From an uncultured Candidatus Saccharibacteria bacterium (GTDB taxonomy: Bacteria; Patescibacteriota; Minisyncoccia; Phycocordibacterales; JACOZG01), in NCBI GenBank assembly GCA_964460805.1, contig CAYWPU010000002.1:18663-82662 (forward strand): 64,000 nt of DNA. The letters run 5' to 3'. The position numbers and the translations under genes are program-made. Shown one piece after another: positions 26,477 to 35,766 of the stretch; within the stretch, counting starts at the first letter, position 1; each line of letters begins with the position of its first letter. The notes below the pieces were generated by a model. It made no database searches, was not told where the DNA came from, and saw only the letters and a program-made list of their open reading frames with translations.

Positions 26477-27631
26477 CTAAATCACCCCCTTCAGTCTTTC
26501 CAAACTCTCTTTTTTACCCAAAACACTAGCTACAGTAAACGGATCCGGGGACTTGGCAAGGCCGGTGAGCGCCACGCGCATGGGCCAGAGCACCTCCCCT
26601 CTCCCCTTCTCCGTGGCGTAGTCCCAGATCGCGGCTTTTATTTTTTCGGTAGTGAAATCAGTTTCTGGTATTTGCTCTAGTAATTTAATAACTGTTGGCA
26701 AGTGCTCTGTAGTTTTCAATAATTCTGGTGAGATATTTTCTGGTCTATTTGTGAAAAATTCATGTTCACTTTTCAGTCGCGCCACTTGCTCTGCTTCTGG
26801 CAGATTTTTTATATACTCTTTGTTATACCAATCTAATTTATCTGTGTTGAAAATAGCGCCGGACTTTTGCACTTCGGCTAGATCAAAATTTTTCACCAAT
26901 TCTTCTAAGCTTAAGATTTCCGGCAGATTCTTGACCTGCAGCGACCAGCCGAGCGTGGCGAGATAATTGATCATCGCTTCCGGCAAATATCCCAGCTTGG
27001 CATAGTCTGCCACTGCTGTAGCGCCATGTCTCTTGCTCAGCTTAGACCGATCTGGCGCGAGGATAAGCGGAATGTGCGCGTATTGTGGCCGCTCGCCGCC
27101 AAGCGCTTCTAGAATCAAAATCTGTCGTGGTGTATTAGCCAGGTGCTCTTCAGCCCGGATCACGTGTGATATCTTGAGATCCATGTCGTCAACCACAGAA
27201 GCAAAGTGATACACCGGCGATTCTAGATTGCGTGCGATAATAAAATCACCTAGTTCTTTAGTATCAAAGCTTACCTCGCCTTTAATCAGATCAGTAAAGC
27301 CGACCCGCTCCCCGGCACTGCGTAGCCGCACCGCTTCGCCATCTAAGTAAGCCTTATCTGCTTTAATTAACGCTTCTAGTTTGCTCTTGTAGAGCTCTGT
27401 GCGCTCTGATTGCCGGTAAAATTCATCATAATCTAATTTAAGCCAGGCAAAGCTGTCTAATATAGATTGCTCAAATTCTAGTTCAGAGCGCTCTTGGTCT
27501 GTGTCGTCTATGCGCAGGATAAATTTGCCATTTTTTTGCCTCGCAAAAAGATAGTTAAACAGGGCCGTGCGGGCGCCGCCGAGGTGCAGGTGGCCGGTGG
27601 GGCTGGGAGCAAAGCGGACGCGTGTGCTCAT
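26477..27631 (-). CDS. gltX: Glutamyl-tRNA synthetase (short form, 384 aa)
   Basis: PSPTGHLHLGGART (HIGH) and KLSKR (KMSKS) present. The protein ends after the anticodon-binding helix region. Confidence 0.9.
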   Translation of the reverse strand: MSTRVRFAPSPTGHLHLGGARTALFNYLFARQKNGKFILRIDDTDQERSELEFEQSILDSFAWLKLDYDEFYRQSERTELYKSKLEALIKADKAYLDGEAVRLRSAGERVGFTDLIKGEVSFDTKELGDFIIARNLESPVYHFASVVDDMDLKISHVIRAEEHLANTPRQILILEALGGERPQYAHIPLILAPDRSKLSKRHGATAVADYAKLGYLPEAMINYLATLGWSLQVKNLPEILSLEELVKNFDLAEVQKSGAIFNTDKLDWYNKEYIKNLPEAEQVARLKSEHEFFTNRPENISPELLKTTEHLPTVIKLLEQIPETDFTTEKIKAAIWDYATEKGRGEVLWPMRVALTGLAKSPDPFTVASVLGKKESLERLKGVI

Positions 27632-28758
27632 GCTCGCTCGTGACCAAGTGCTAGTAAAATTATTTCCTCAGCAATCGCTCGCGCCGCCTCTGGCCGGGCA
27701 AAGTTCTTGGCCCCGGCGCTCATGGTTTGGCGCAGTTCCGGCTTGCTCATGAGGCGGTTTACCTCTGATAGCAAAACAGACGGCGTGAGATTAACTTGCT
27801 CTATCACTATTGCGCCACCAGAGCGCGCGTAGGTGAAGGCGTTGCTCCGCTGGTCATGACTGATTGGCTCGGGAATCGGAATGATGATAGAGGGCAGACC
27901 CCAGGCGGCAATCTCAAAGATAAAAGACCCCGCGCGGGAGATAATCAAGCTAGACACGCCAGCAGTCATCCTGAGCGCGTCAGAATTGAGATTGGCAAAG
28001 AGGTGATAACGATCGCGCAGGCCGCTCTTCTCCAAGATTGTCCGCGAGCGCTTCTCTATCTCATCGTAATTATCTTTGCCAACTTGGTGGATCACTTGGT
28101 AGTGCTCTAGCAGTTTGGGCAAAATGTCTAGAACTGTGTTGTTTATCACGCTCGCGCCCTGGGAGCCGCCGGTGATGAAGATCACGGGTGTCTCCGGCTC
28201 TAGATGCAAGAACTCGCGCGCGCCCTGGGCGATGGGATGGAGCAGTTCGCTACGGATGGGGTTGCCAGTGATCGCTGTTTTCTCTTGCGGGAAATAGGTT
28301 TGCGCTTCTGGATAAGAAATGGCGATGCGCGTGGCGAACTTGGCGCTCCAGAGGCTGACTCGGCCGGGGTGAGAATCAGACTCGTGGATGATCACTGGTA
28401 AGCGCAACACTTTGCTTGCCAGCAAGGTGGGGAAGCTGGCGTATCCGCCTTTACTGAAGACGAGATCGGGATAAATTACATATAACTTCCACAGGGCGCT
28501 TAAGAAGCCGTGCAAAATTTTAAATAAGTCAAAAAAATTAAGGAATGAAAAATAGCGCCGCCACTTGCCTGCGGAGATCCGGTGGAACTCAATCCGGTTC
28601 TCAAACAATAGACGCTCGTTATAGGGCTCGGTGGATAGATAATAAAGCTTGGCCTCCACCAATTTTTGCTCTTCTACTAGTCTATTGAGGCCCTGAGCAA
28701 CGGCAATGATGGGATAGAAGTGGCCACCCGTGCCGCCGCCGGTGAAAACAATTTTCAT
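27628..28758 (-). CDS. murG: UDP-GlcNAc:MurNAc-pentapeptide-undecaprenol GlcNAc transferase MurG
   Basis: MKIVFTGGGTGGHFYP... GT28 N- and C-domains. Confidence 0.95.
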   Translation of the reverse strand: MKIVFTGGGTGGHFYPIIAVAQGLNRLVEEQKLVEAKLYYLSTEPYNERLLFENRIEFHRISAGKWRRYFSFLNFFDLFKILHGFLSALWKLYVIYPDLVFSKGGYASFPTLLASKVLRLPVIIHESDSHPGRVSLWSAKFATRIAISYPEAQTYFPQEKTAITGNPIRSELLHPIAQGAREFLHLEPETPVIFITGGSQGASVINNTVLDILPKLLEHYQVIHQVGKDNYDEIEKRSRTILEKSGLRDRYHLFANLNSDALRMTAGVSSLIISRAGSFIFEIAAWGLPSIIIPIPEPISHDQRSNAFTYARSGGAIVIEQVNLTPSVLLSEVNRLMSKPELRQTMSAGAKNFARPEAARAIAEEIILLALGHERA

Positions 28759-28761
28759 AAA

Positions 28762-29859
28762 TTAGCGGTTCAGATATTTAGAGATATTAACGATGATACC
28801 AGCTTCAATCAAGACTAATAACAAAGCCGTTCCGCCTTGACTCACAAACAACAACGGGGTGCCATTGAGCGGCACCAAGCTGAGCATTGAGGCGATATTA
28901 ATGAAGACGCCGGCGATGATCATTATAACAATGCCGACTATCAGCAGTCTACTAAAGTGGTTTGGCGCTCTAGTTGAAAGCTTAAGGCCAGATAAGGCGA
29001 AAGCGAGAAAGAGCAGAACCAGAATAGTGCTACCAGCGAGGCCGAACTCTTCCCCAGCTACGGAAAAGATAGAATCACCGATTGGTTCTGGTAAGTACTT
29101 AAACTTTTGGATACTCTGGCCAAAGCCGCGCCCCAGCACGCCGCCAGAGCCAATGGCAATTAGCGATTGATTGACCTGGTAAGAGTTGCCGAGCACGTCC
29201 TCGTTTGGCTTAAAAAAAGTCTGGATCCTGGCTTGAGTATAAGGCTTGAAGGCGATGACTGTCCCCAACGCCAGGCTTGCTATCAGCAAGAGCAAGGCGA
29301 GGTCCCGCCAGCGCGCACCGGCCACAAAGTACATTGCTACTCCACTCGCAAGCATGATACCGAGCGTGCTCATGTCTGGTTGGGCGACCATCACAGCGCC
29401 CACTATGCCGGTGACAATAAGGAAGGGCAGCAAACCGTGTTTAACCGACTGCACACCCTCTCGCGCTTTAGCCAGCCAAGCGGCGAGATAAACCACATAG
29501 CCTAATTTAAGGAATTCTGAAGTCTGGATAGAGATGCCGGCGATACTGATCCAGCGTCGTGCGCCTTTGAGGTCTAGACCTAAACCGGGGATGAAGACAG
29601 CAAGAGTGAAGAGTAAGCTGGCTACAAAAATTGCCAAGCTGAACTTTTGCCAGTATCTGTAATGCAGTTTACTCACTAGGAGGAAGGCGAATAGTCCGAT
29701 GAGCATGATCACAAACTGCTTAACGGCAACCAGATTGAAGCGCGCGCCTTCCCTACTCAGCAAGCCAAGCGAGGCGGAAAAGAAGATGAAGAAGCCGGTC
29801 AAGGTAAGCAGGATGACCAGAGCAAAGAAGATGCGATCAGATTGGCGGCCGCGGTTCAT
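28762..29859 (-). CDS. ftsW: SEDS-family peptidoglycan glycosyltransferase FtsW
   Basis: Ten-TM SEDS topology with conserved loop motifs; sits between murG and mraY. Confidence 0.9.
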   Translation of the reverse strand: MNRGRQSDRIFFALVILLTLTGFFIFFSASLGLLSREGARFNLVAVKQFVIMLIGLFAFLLVSKLHYRYWQKFSLAIFVASLLFTLAVFIPGLGLDLKGARRWISIAGISIQTSEFLKLGYVVYLAAWLAKAREGVQSVKHGLLPFLIVTGIVGAVMVAQPDMSTLGIMLASGVAMYFVAGARWRDLALLLLIASLALGTVIAFKPYTQARIQTFFKPNEDVLGNSYQVNQSLIAIGSGGVLGRGFGQSIQKFKYLPEPIGDSIFSVAGEEFGLAGSTILVLLFLAFALSGLKLSTRAPNHFSRLLIVGIVIMIIAGVFINIASMLSLVPLNGTPLLFVSQGGTALLLVLIEAGIIVNISKYLNR

Positions 29860-30944
29860 TGGCTAGCGAGGATGATAATCACACCCAAGATGGCAGTAAT
29901 AACGCTGATAATCCAATAACGCATCACCACCTTGCCGCTAGGCCAGCCAATTGCCTCAAAGTGATGGTGCAATGGCGCTACCAGGAAGAGCTTCCGTCCG
30001 CGGAACTTTTTTGACAAGAGCTGGAGGATGACTGAACCGGAAGAGAGTACTAATGGCAGGGCGATGATCGGCAGGACCAGTATCCCGTGTCCCCCGCCCA
30101 GGTTATCGGTCATGAAGGCGACAACGGTGAGAGTGATGGTAAGCGCCATTGTGCCAGTCTCGGAGAGATAATAACGAGCGGGCGGGATATTGAACCAGAG
30201 AAAAGCGAGAATCCCGCCCAATATGGCGGCGCAGAAGGCGGCGAGATTAATTTGATTTTGCGAGAAGGCGATGACACCATAAGCGGCAAAACTGCTGGCA
30301 AAGACGCCGCCCGCTAAGCCGTCTAGGCCGTCAATCACGCCGCCAGAGTAAACCGCCAGGCTAATGATAGCGAAGATCGGTATTAGCCAGATCCCAACGT
30401 CCAGAGAACCCAGGGTGCTATCACTGCCAATGCTGATTACGCCCAGCTTGCTATAGAACCAATAACCGCAGAATAATCCTAGTGCTGTGATGGTGAACAG
30501 GCGCTTGCTGAGCGAGAGTCCTCCGCCGATATATTCCCCGCTATTGCCGGTCCCTTCTCTGGTGACTAAGTAATCATCTATTAAGCCAACCAAGGCGCCT
30601 ACCAGGAGCGTCATCAGTGGGATCCAGGTCTGGTTGCGAGAGAGAAAGTCTAATTTAACACTTAGCTCGCCAGGCAAGAGCGCGGCCCAGGTCCAGATAC
30701 CCAGAGTGGTGAGCGTCGCGCTCAGCCAGACAATAATCCCGCCCATGCGGGGTGTCTTCTTTTGTTCATCATTGTGGATAGAGGCAGAAATAGTGGCAAC
30801 TTGGCCGTCTATCGTCTTCCGCACGCTCTGCTTTTTCCACATTTTATGCTTGTAGAGATAATTGGTGAGAGCTGGCGTAAGGATAATACCCAAGATGAAA
30901 GAGAAAGTGATCGGCAACAGAACTTTAATGACATCAATCAGCAT
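29856..30944 (-). CDS. mraY: Phospho-N-acetylmuramoyl-pentapeptide transferase MraY
   Basis: Polytopic protein with MraY DD/DG loop motifs (LIDDYL, GLDGLAGG). Confidence 0.95.
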   Translation of the reverse strand: MLIDVIKVLLPITFSFILGIILTPALTNYLYKHKMWKKQSVRKTIDGQVATISASIHNDEQKKTPRMGGIIVWLSATLTTLGIWTWAALLPGELSVKLDFLSRNQTWIPLMTLLVGALVGLIDDYLVTREGTGNSGEYIGGGLSLSKRLFTITALGLFCGYWFYSKLGVISIGSDSTLGSLDVGIWLIPIFAIISLAVYSGGVIDGLDGLAGGVFASSFAAYGVIAFSQNQINLAAFCAAILGGILAFLWFNIPPARYYLSETGTMALTITLTVVAFMTDNLGGGHGILVLPIIALPLVLSSGSVILQLLSKKFRGRKLFLVAPLHHHFEAIGWPSGKVVMRYWIISVITAILGVIIILASQ

Positions 30945-30954
30945 ATTTTTTAAA

Positions 30955-31494
30955 TTAGTTTTTGACTGGATTGCTGTTACTCAACTTCTCTTTCAGTTTG
31001 TCATAATCTGGTAGGTCGCTCACCTGGCTCAAGCCAAGATGCTGGAGCAGTTCAAAAGTGGGACGATAGAGAAAACTGCGAGCATCGGCCGGATTAGGCA
31101 CGCGCTCCACCAAGCCGCGGATCATCAAGTGGCGTAAAATAAAACTAGAATTGACTCCTCGGATATAGTCCAAGTCTGCGCGAGAAATTGGCCCGCGGTA
31201 GAGCACTGTGGTGAGTGTCTCCAAACTAGCTTTACCCAGGTCGCGAGAGAGAGCCTCTTTTGCTAATTTCTCTAGCAATGCGCTCGCGTCTGGATGTGTG
31301 CCCAGAGCAAGCTCATCATCTTTTTGGACTAAAATTACACCACGATTCTGGCTAGAGAGCGTGTGTTGTAATTTTGCCAGTGCTTCAAGCACTTCAGCCC
31401 GACTCCGGCCCAAGACGCGAGCCAGTTCTGCCTGGCTCATTGGCTCGGCTTGCCGGAACAGGATCGCCTCAATCTGTGCTTCTAGACTCAACAT
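30955..31494 (-). CDS. scpB: Segregation and condensation protein B
   Basis: MLSLEAQIEAILF....MSQAELARVLG: tandem winged-helix ScpB. Start trimmed to the internal ATG, which is preceded by TTGTCT-17-TATAAT. Confidence 0.9.
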   Translation of the reverse strand: MLSLEAQIEAILFRQAEPMSQAELARVLGRSRAEVLEALAKLQHTLSSQNRGVILVQKDDELALGTHPDASALLEKLAKEALSRDLGKASLETLTTVLYRGPISRADLDYIRGVNSSFILRHLMIRGLVERVPNPADARSFLYRPTFELLQHLGLSQVSDLPDYDKLKEKLSNSNPVKN

Positions 31495-31546
31495 CTTTAT
31501 CTTGGCAATTATAGTCGTTCCAGCCCTTTTAGACAATAAATTAGGC

Positions 31547-31586
31547 AATAAAAAAGGTCCCGGCTGCCTCGCACGCAACCGGGACC
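31547..31586 (-). terminator. Intrinsic terminator after scpA (- strand)
   Basis: The reverse complement reads ggtcccgg-15nt loop-ccgggacc-TTTTTTATT. Confidence 0.6.
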
Positions 31587-31664
31587 AACTATCCGCGCAG
31601 CTCCCGCTCCGCACTCACACAACGTGTGTAAGCCGGGTCATACTATACTAGCCTGGCAAAGTTG

Positions 31665-32402
31665 TCAAATATATTTGGGCACATCAGCTGAGCTGGGCTC
31701 AATCTGGATATCCGCAAAGTGCTCGCCTTGCTCTGCTTGTACCAGCCCTCGCTTTACCAGTTCCAACATTCCCAAGAAGCTCACGATCACGTTTACTTTC
31801 TCTTTTTTATCTTTAATAAAATCATGGAAGCTCGTCTTGAGCGCCGTCTGCACTCGCTGGGCTAGACTCTCTATCACTTCTTCCAGATTCAAGACTTTCT
31901 GCACTATCACTTGCGGCAGTTTTTCTATCTTTGGCAGATTATTGATCACGTTGTTCACCGAGGCGAGGAGGCTCTGCAGAGTCAGATCACGACTGGGAGC
32001 AAAAACGGACACAATCTCTTTGCTCTCCTGGCGCGAAAAAATAATTTTCCTGCCATAATTCTTCTTCACATTTTCGCTCAGCTTTTTGATTTCAGCATAA
32101 AGTGCCAATCGCCGCTCCAAATCCGCCATACTCCCCTGCTCCTCTTCGCTCACCTTCAGTTCCGGCAAGAGCGAGATAGACTTGATGAGCATCAGTGTGC
32201 TGGCGACCAAGATAAAGTCAGCCATTTGCGCTTTGCTCGCGTTATGATCATTTTCTAATTTATCTAAGTGCGAGATAAAATCATCGGCCACTGCTGCCAG
32301 CGAGACGCGTGAGATGTGCATCTTCTTCTCTTCCACCAGCCTCAGCAAGACCTCCAGTGGCCCCTCAAAGTCTTCCAGCTTGATCTGAAATTTGACAGTC
32401 AT
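31665..32402 (-). CDS. scpA: Segregation and condensation protein A
   Basis: MTVKFQIKLEDFEGPLEVLLRLVEEKKM... is a canonical ScpA N-terminus. Confidence 0.9.
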   Translation of the reverse strand: MTVKFQIKLEDFEGPLEVLLRLVEEKKMHISRVSLAAVADDFISHLDKLENDHNASKAQMADFILVASTLMLIKSISLLPELKVSEEEQGSMADLERRLALYAEIKKLSENVKKNYGRKIIFSRQESKEIVSVFAPSRDLTLQSLLASVNNVINNLPKIEKLPQVIVQKVLNLEEVIESLAQRVQTALKTSFHDFIKDKKEKVNVIVSFLGMLELVKRGLVQAEQGEHFADIQIEPSSADVPKYI

Positions 32403-32486
32403 AATTAGTTGTGATAGTTATATTGTAGTTGGTTCATTGAGAGAAAGCAACCTTTTACCGCCTCTGCGAGGCAAGTGAGGGAAGAT

Positions 32487-32990
32487 ATGGTTACGCTTAT
32501 TGGTTGGGTTGTAATGGTCATTGCTCTGGTATTCTTTGTGGTTGGCCTTTTCACAGAGAAGATGAAGACGAGATATGTCGTTCTAGCTATGCTTCTCATT
32601 ATCTCTGCCTTGCTTTTTCTCAGTTCGTTGCCGCCAACACCCCGCTCGCCAGGGCAGATTGCGGAAGCGATTGAAACCTCGGTTGGTCGGCCAGTCGGCG
32701 TTACGCCTTTCCCCTCCGAGGGCAGTGTGCTCACGGTGTTGGACGCGGCGTGGGATCGGGTAAGTGAACTGGGATCCTGTCGTATTGTTGTCCAAGACCA
32801 AGACGGGCGCCTCTACTCAGCACTGGATAGCAACTCCCAATCTCCGTCATTATGCTTGCGCAAGGGCGAGAAGGTGAGATTAAAGCTGGTGCACTGGTTC
32901 CGGGATGAGACTAAGCAGGCGAACATCGTGCTTATAGCCACACGCGCTGTGAGTGCAACGCCTGCCCCAGTTCCTTTTGCTGGTAACTAG
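32487..32990 (+). CDS. Hypothetical membrane protein (two N-terminal TM helices plus a soluble domain)
   Basis: GAGGGAAG SD before the ATG at 32487; the track ORF starts at the upstream GTG at 32475. No family recognised. Confidence 0.5.
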   Translation: MVTLIGWVVMVIALVFFVVGLFTEKMKTRYVVLAMLLIISALLFLSSLPPTPRSPGQIAEAIETSVGRPVGVTPFPSEGSVLTVLDAAWDRVSELGSCRIVVQDQDGRLYSALDSNSQSPSLCLRKGEKVRLKLVHWFRDETKQANIVLIATRAVSATPAPVPFAGN

Positions 32991-33003
32991 GGGAACCCAT
33001 AAA

Positions 33004-33033
33004 AGCCACTTGCATTTCGCGAGTGGCTTTTTA
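33004..33033 (+). terminator. Probable intrinsic terminator
   Basis: agccact-tgcatttcgcg-agtggct followed by TTTTT. Confidence 0.5.
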
Positions 33034-33170
33034 CTCCATTTGACAGACAAAGCGTGTTTTGCTAGTCTCTTGTGTTCTCAGATCTTTGTGAAGTTAATCC
33101 GCCAAGGTTGGCGGGTTCCAAGCCTCAAGGATATTTGAGGCAAAAGCCTAGGGAAATTGGAGGACGTTGT

Positions 33171-33527
33171 ATGAGAAGTGCAGGAAGAGTTGGAGCAGTG
33201 ATCTGTGGATTGGCCCTCTTGGTGGGTTTGATTACTCACCAGGGAGAGGCCGGAGTGGCCTCGGCTTCGTCTTTGCTGACGCCTGTGGCCATTACGGGCC
33301 AAGTGGCGGTGGCACTGCCGGTCGCCATTGAGGAGCCGGATCCGATCCCGCCGTACGACCTCTGTGACTGGGTCTACGACGAGATGCGTTATTACCAGGA
33401 CCAGGCCTGGGCCTGCTTCTTGCAGAACCCGGACAATCCGCCTCCGTGTTACTACAGCTACACTGAGGCCTGGATCAACATGGCCCAGTTGGGCCAGATG
33501 CTCGGGTGCCGCTGGATCTCGCAGTAA
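33171..33527 (+). CDS. Small secreted Cys-containing protein (118 aa, signal peptide, four Cys)
   Basis: GGAGG SD; MRSAGRVGAVICGLALLVGL signal peptide; mature part with C...C...C...C and Pro/aromatic-rich sequence. Start chosen at the internal ATG of track ORF 33072..33527. Confidence 0.6.
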   Translation: MRSAGRVGAVICGLALLVGLITHQGEAGVASASSLLTPVAITGQVAVALPVAIEEPDPIPPYDLCDWVYDEMRYYQDQAWACFLQNPDNPPPCYYSYTEAWINMAQLGQMLGCRWISQ

Positions 33528-33545
33528 CAAACGGTCGTCCAAGAC

Positions 33546-33586
33546 AAGACCCTGCTCGCACTTTGCGAGCAGGGTCTTTTTTTATT
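33546..33586 (+). terminator. Rho-independent terminator (13-bp stem)
   Basis: agaccctgctcgc-acttt-gcgagcagggtct followed by TTTTTTTATTT. Confidence 0.8.
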
Positions 33587-34104
33587 TAAGATGCGAGTTT
33601 TTTATAAGCAAATCGCTCAAGTTCACCCGCTATGTCAGCATACCTTTTCCCACACAACATGCCACCGGCCAGTAACTTCTCTTGGGTCACTTCTGCCAGG
33701 CACCATTCTGGTTTAGTAAATTTATTCTTCGCTTCTGCTGTGGCAAACTCCACATCCACCAGCACTAAGCCAGCTAATTCTCCAGCAAAAACATCAATTT
33801 CATAATTAGTCCCGTTTTCCTTATACAAATAGCGCGTTTTCGCCACCCGCTTGCCTGGCAACTGGCTTAATTCCGCAAATTCCTCGGATCTGAGCGGTAT
33901 AGTCGTCTCAAATTGACGGGAAGCGTCGCCTTTCACAATAGGTTCTTTTTTAGTGATTTCGTACTTATCGCCGTTCTTCCTAATCCTCAGGTTCGGATGG
34001 TCAGAAGCTGCGGGAATATAAATATCCAGCATCTCTTTCTTCTGCGCCTGGGCAAGTCCGGCCGGTAAATCTTTTGCGAGGTATGTTAGTTCTAGTTCTT
34101 CCAT
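33586..34104 (-). CDS. CYTH-like domain protein (triphosphate tunnel metalloenzyme family; adenylate cyclase class IV/ThTPase-like)
   Basis: N-terminal MEELELTYLAKDLP resembles the ExExK beta-strand start of CYTH proteins. Length and acidic/basic strand pattern are consistent. Weak assignment. Confidence 0.5.
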   Translation of the reverse strand: MEELELTYLAKDLPAGLAQAQKKEMLDIYIPAASDHPNLRIRKNGDKYEITKKEPIVKGDASRQFETTIPLRSEEFAELSQLPGKRVAKTRYLYKENGTNYEIDVFAGELAGLVLVDVEFATAEAKNKFTKPEWCLAEVTQEKLLAGGMLCGKRYADIAGELERFAYKKLAS

Positions 34105-34113
34105 AATCTTATT

Positions 34114-34383
34114 CTAGTGCTTTTCTGCCACAATGTAGCGACAACCTTTCTCTCCTACCAAACCGGCGTGTACTTTGCCCCGCGGAATGTTTATGTCATC
34201 TCCTGCTTGCAAAATCTTTTTTACACTATCCATTTCAATTTCAATCTCGCCAGTGAGAATCACCAGTTTAGTATCAAATGGATGCGTGTGACTTGGATCT
34301 GCCTCATGCGGTTCAGCATCCCAAATATAAACTTTATCCCAATTGCTGTTTCTTAATTCTGCCACTAATTCCTTCTCAGTCAT
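34114..34383 (-). CDS. Cupin-domain protein (~89 aa)
   Basis: HTHPFDTKLVILTGEIEI...GDDINIPRGKVHAG: two-His cupin motifs. Start trimmed to the internal ATG, which is preceded by a GAAAGAGG SD. Confidence 0.7.
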   Translation of the reverse strand: MTEKELVAELRNSNWDKVYIWDAEPHEADPSHTHPFDTKLVILTGEIEIEMDSVKKILQAGDDINIPRGKVHAGLVGEKGCRYIVAEKH

Positions 34384-34396
34384 CCTCTTTCTGGTT

Positions 34397-35764
34397 TTAA
34401 TTTCCTGCCAACGGCAAATCAATCCGGCCCATGTCGCGCGGGAAGACAGAAGCTTCTTTAACGTTCGCGAGCTCCAGCATTCGCGCTGTGATGCGTTCCA
34501 AGCCCGTAGAACAGCCACCGTGCGGCGGGAGACCGTACTTGAAGGCTTGCAAGTAGAACGCGAACTTTTTTGGATCCAGCCCCCTCTCCTCTATCTTTTG
34601 CACTAATTTGTTGTAATCATGGATCCGTTGAGCGCCGCTATTGATCTCTAAACCGCGGAAAAGCAGGTCAAACGAGAGCGAGAGCTCAGGATTAGCCGGA
34701 TCCTCGTGGGTATAGAACGCGCGCTTGGCAGTGGGGAAATGGGTGATGAAGACGAAGTCGGAGCCTAGCTTCTCCCGCGCATACTTGCAGATCTGTCGCT
34801 CGTGCTCCGGTTCCATGTCTGGCTCGCCCACTGCTTTGCCGCCATACTCTTTTTCAATAATCTCCTGAGCCTCGCGGAGAGTGAAAATGGGGAAAGCTTT
34901 CTCCGGCAAGAGCGCTGGCGTGGTGCCTAGTCTTGCTAGCGCCTGGGCGTGATTTTTTGCCACAGTGGTTGCCACGTCGCGCATCACGCTCTCCAATACC
35001 GCCATCACCTCGCTCGGATGCTCAATAAAGCCCATTTCAAACTCCAATTGCACTATTTCTGCCAAGTGCCTAGTAGTAGCACTCTTCTCGGCTCGGAAGG
35101 TTTTGGCAATCGTCATTACTCGCTCTAGTGGCCCCACCATGATCTGTTTATAGAGCTGGCCGGAAGTGGCAAGCAGGGCCCGGTGGCCGTAATAATCAGG
35201 GATCTCAAAGACGGCCGCGCCGCCCTCGGCATCGCCGCCGACCAGTACCGGCGCGGTAAATTCTGTAAAGTTCTGCGCCAAGAGAGATTGCCGGAAAGTG
35301 TTCAAGATCGTAGCCTGGACAGCAAAGATATCGCGATCGCGCTGACTGCGCAGTGTGTAGGGACGATAATCAAAGCGCGTCTCTATATTCAAGTCATCAA
35401 CGTCTTTATCAAACGGGATCTCTTCCGCTTCGTTCAGCACTTCTATCTCTTTCACTTGCAATTCCAGATCGCCATTTGGCTCGTCTTTATTAACGAGCTT
35501 TTCCGGTCGTTTTTGTACCAGGGCAGTCACCTGTACTACCCACTCCGGACGGAGGGCCTTAGCGGCCTCGTAGGCCCTCTGAGAGGCCTCTGGAGCCCCT
35601 TCTTTGGCAGGCAGAACGACCATCTGCACCTTGCCGGTTGCGTCTCTCAGATCAATAAAGATCAGCTTGCCGTGGTCACGGCGCGTGTCTACCCAGCCAG
35701 CCACTACTACTTCTCTTCCCTCTTGCTGCCCGTGCAGGTTGCTTAGATAAGTGCGGTTTTGCAT
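34397..35764 (-). CDS. aspS: Aspartyl-tRNA synthetase, archaeal/eukaryal-type short form
   Basis: N-terminal OB fold; class II motifs FRAEKS..TRHL and GGCSTGLERITARML; ~455 aa with no GAD insertion domain. Confidence 0.9.
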   Translation of the reverse strand: MQNRTYLSNLHGQQEGREVVVAGWVDTRRDHGKLIFIDLRDATGKVQMVVLPAKEGAPEASQRAYEAAKALRPEWVVQVTALVQKRPEKLVNKDEPNGDLELQVKEIEVLNEAEEIPFDKDVDDLNIETRFDYRPYTLRSQRDRDIFAVQATILNTFRQSLLAQNFTEFTAPVLVGGDAEGGAAVFEIPDYYGHRALLATSGQLYKQIMVGPLERVMTIAKTFRAEKSATTRHLAEIVQLEFEMGFIEHPSEVMAVLESVMRDVATTVAKNHAQALARLGTTPALLPEKAFPIFTLREAQEIIEKEYGGKAVGEPDMEPEHERQICKYAREKLGSDFVFITHFPTAKRAFYTHEDPANPELSLSFDLLFRGLEINSGAQRIHDYNKLVQKIEERGLDPKKFAFYLQAFKYGLPPHGGCSTGLERITARMLELANVKEASVFPRDMGRIDLPLAGN

Positions 35765-35766
35765 AT

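Noticed and set aside
30955-31614. Full-length track ORF for scpB including 40 extra N-terminal codons
   Set aside because: The extension overlaps a promoter (TTGTCT-17-TATAAT) and has no similarity to ScpB. The internal ATG at 31494 gives the canonical MLSLEAQIEAILF start.
32405-32734. 109-aa - strand ORF upstream of scpA
   Set aside because: It overlaps the better-supported + strand membrane-protein gene (SD plus ATG at 32487). Its translation is Thr/Ile/Ser-rich with no start context.
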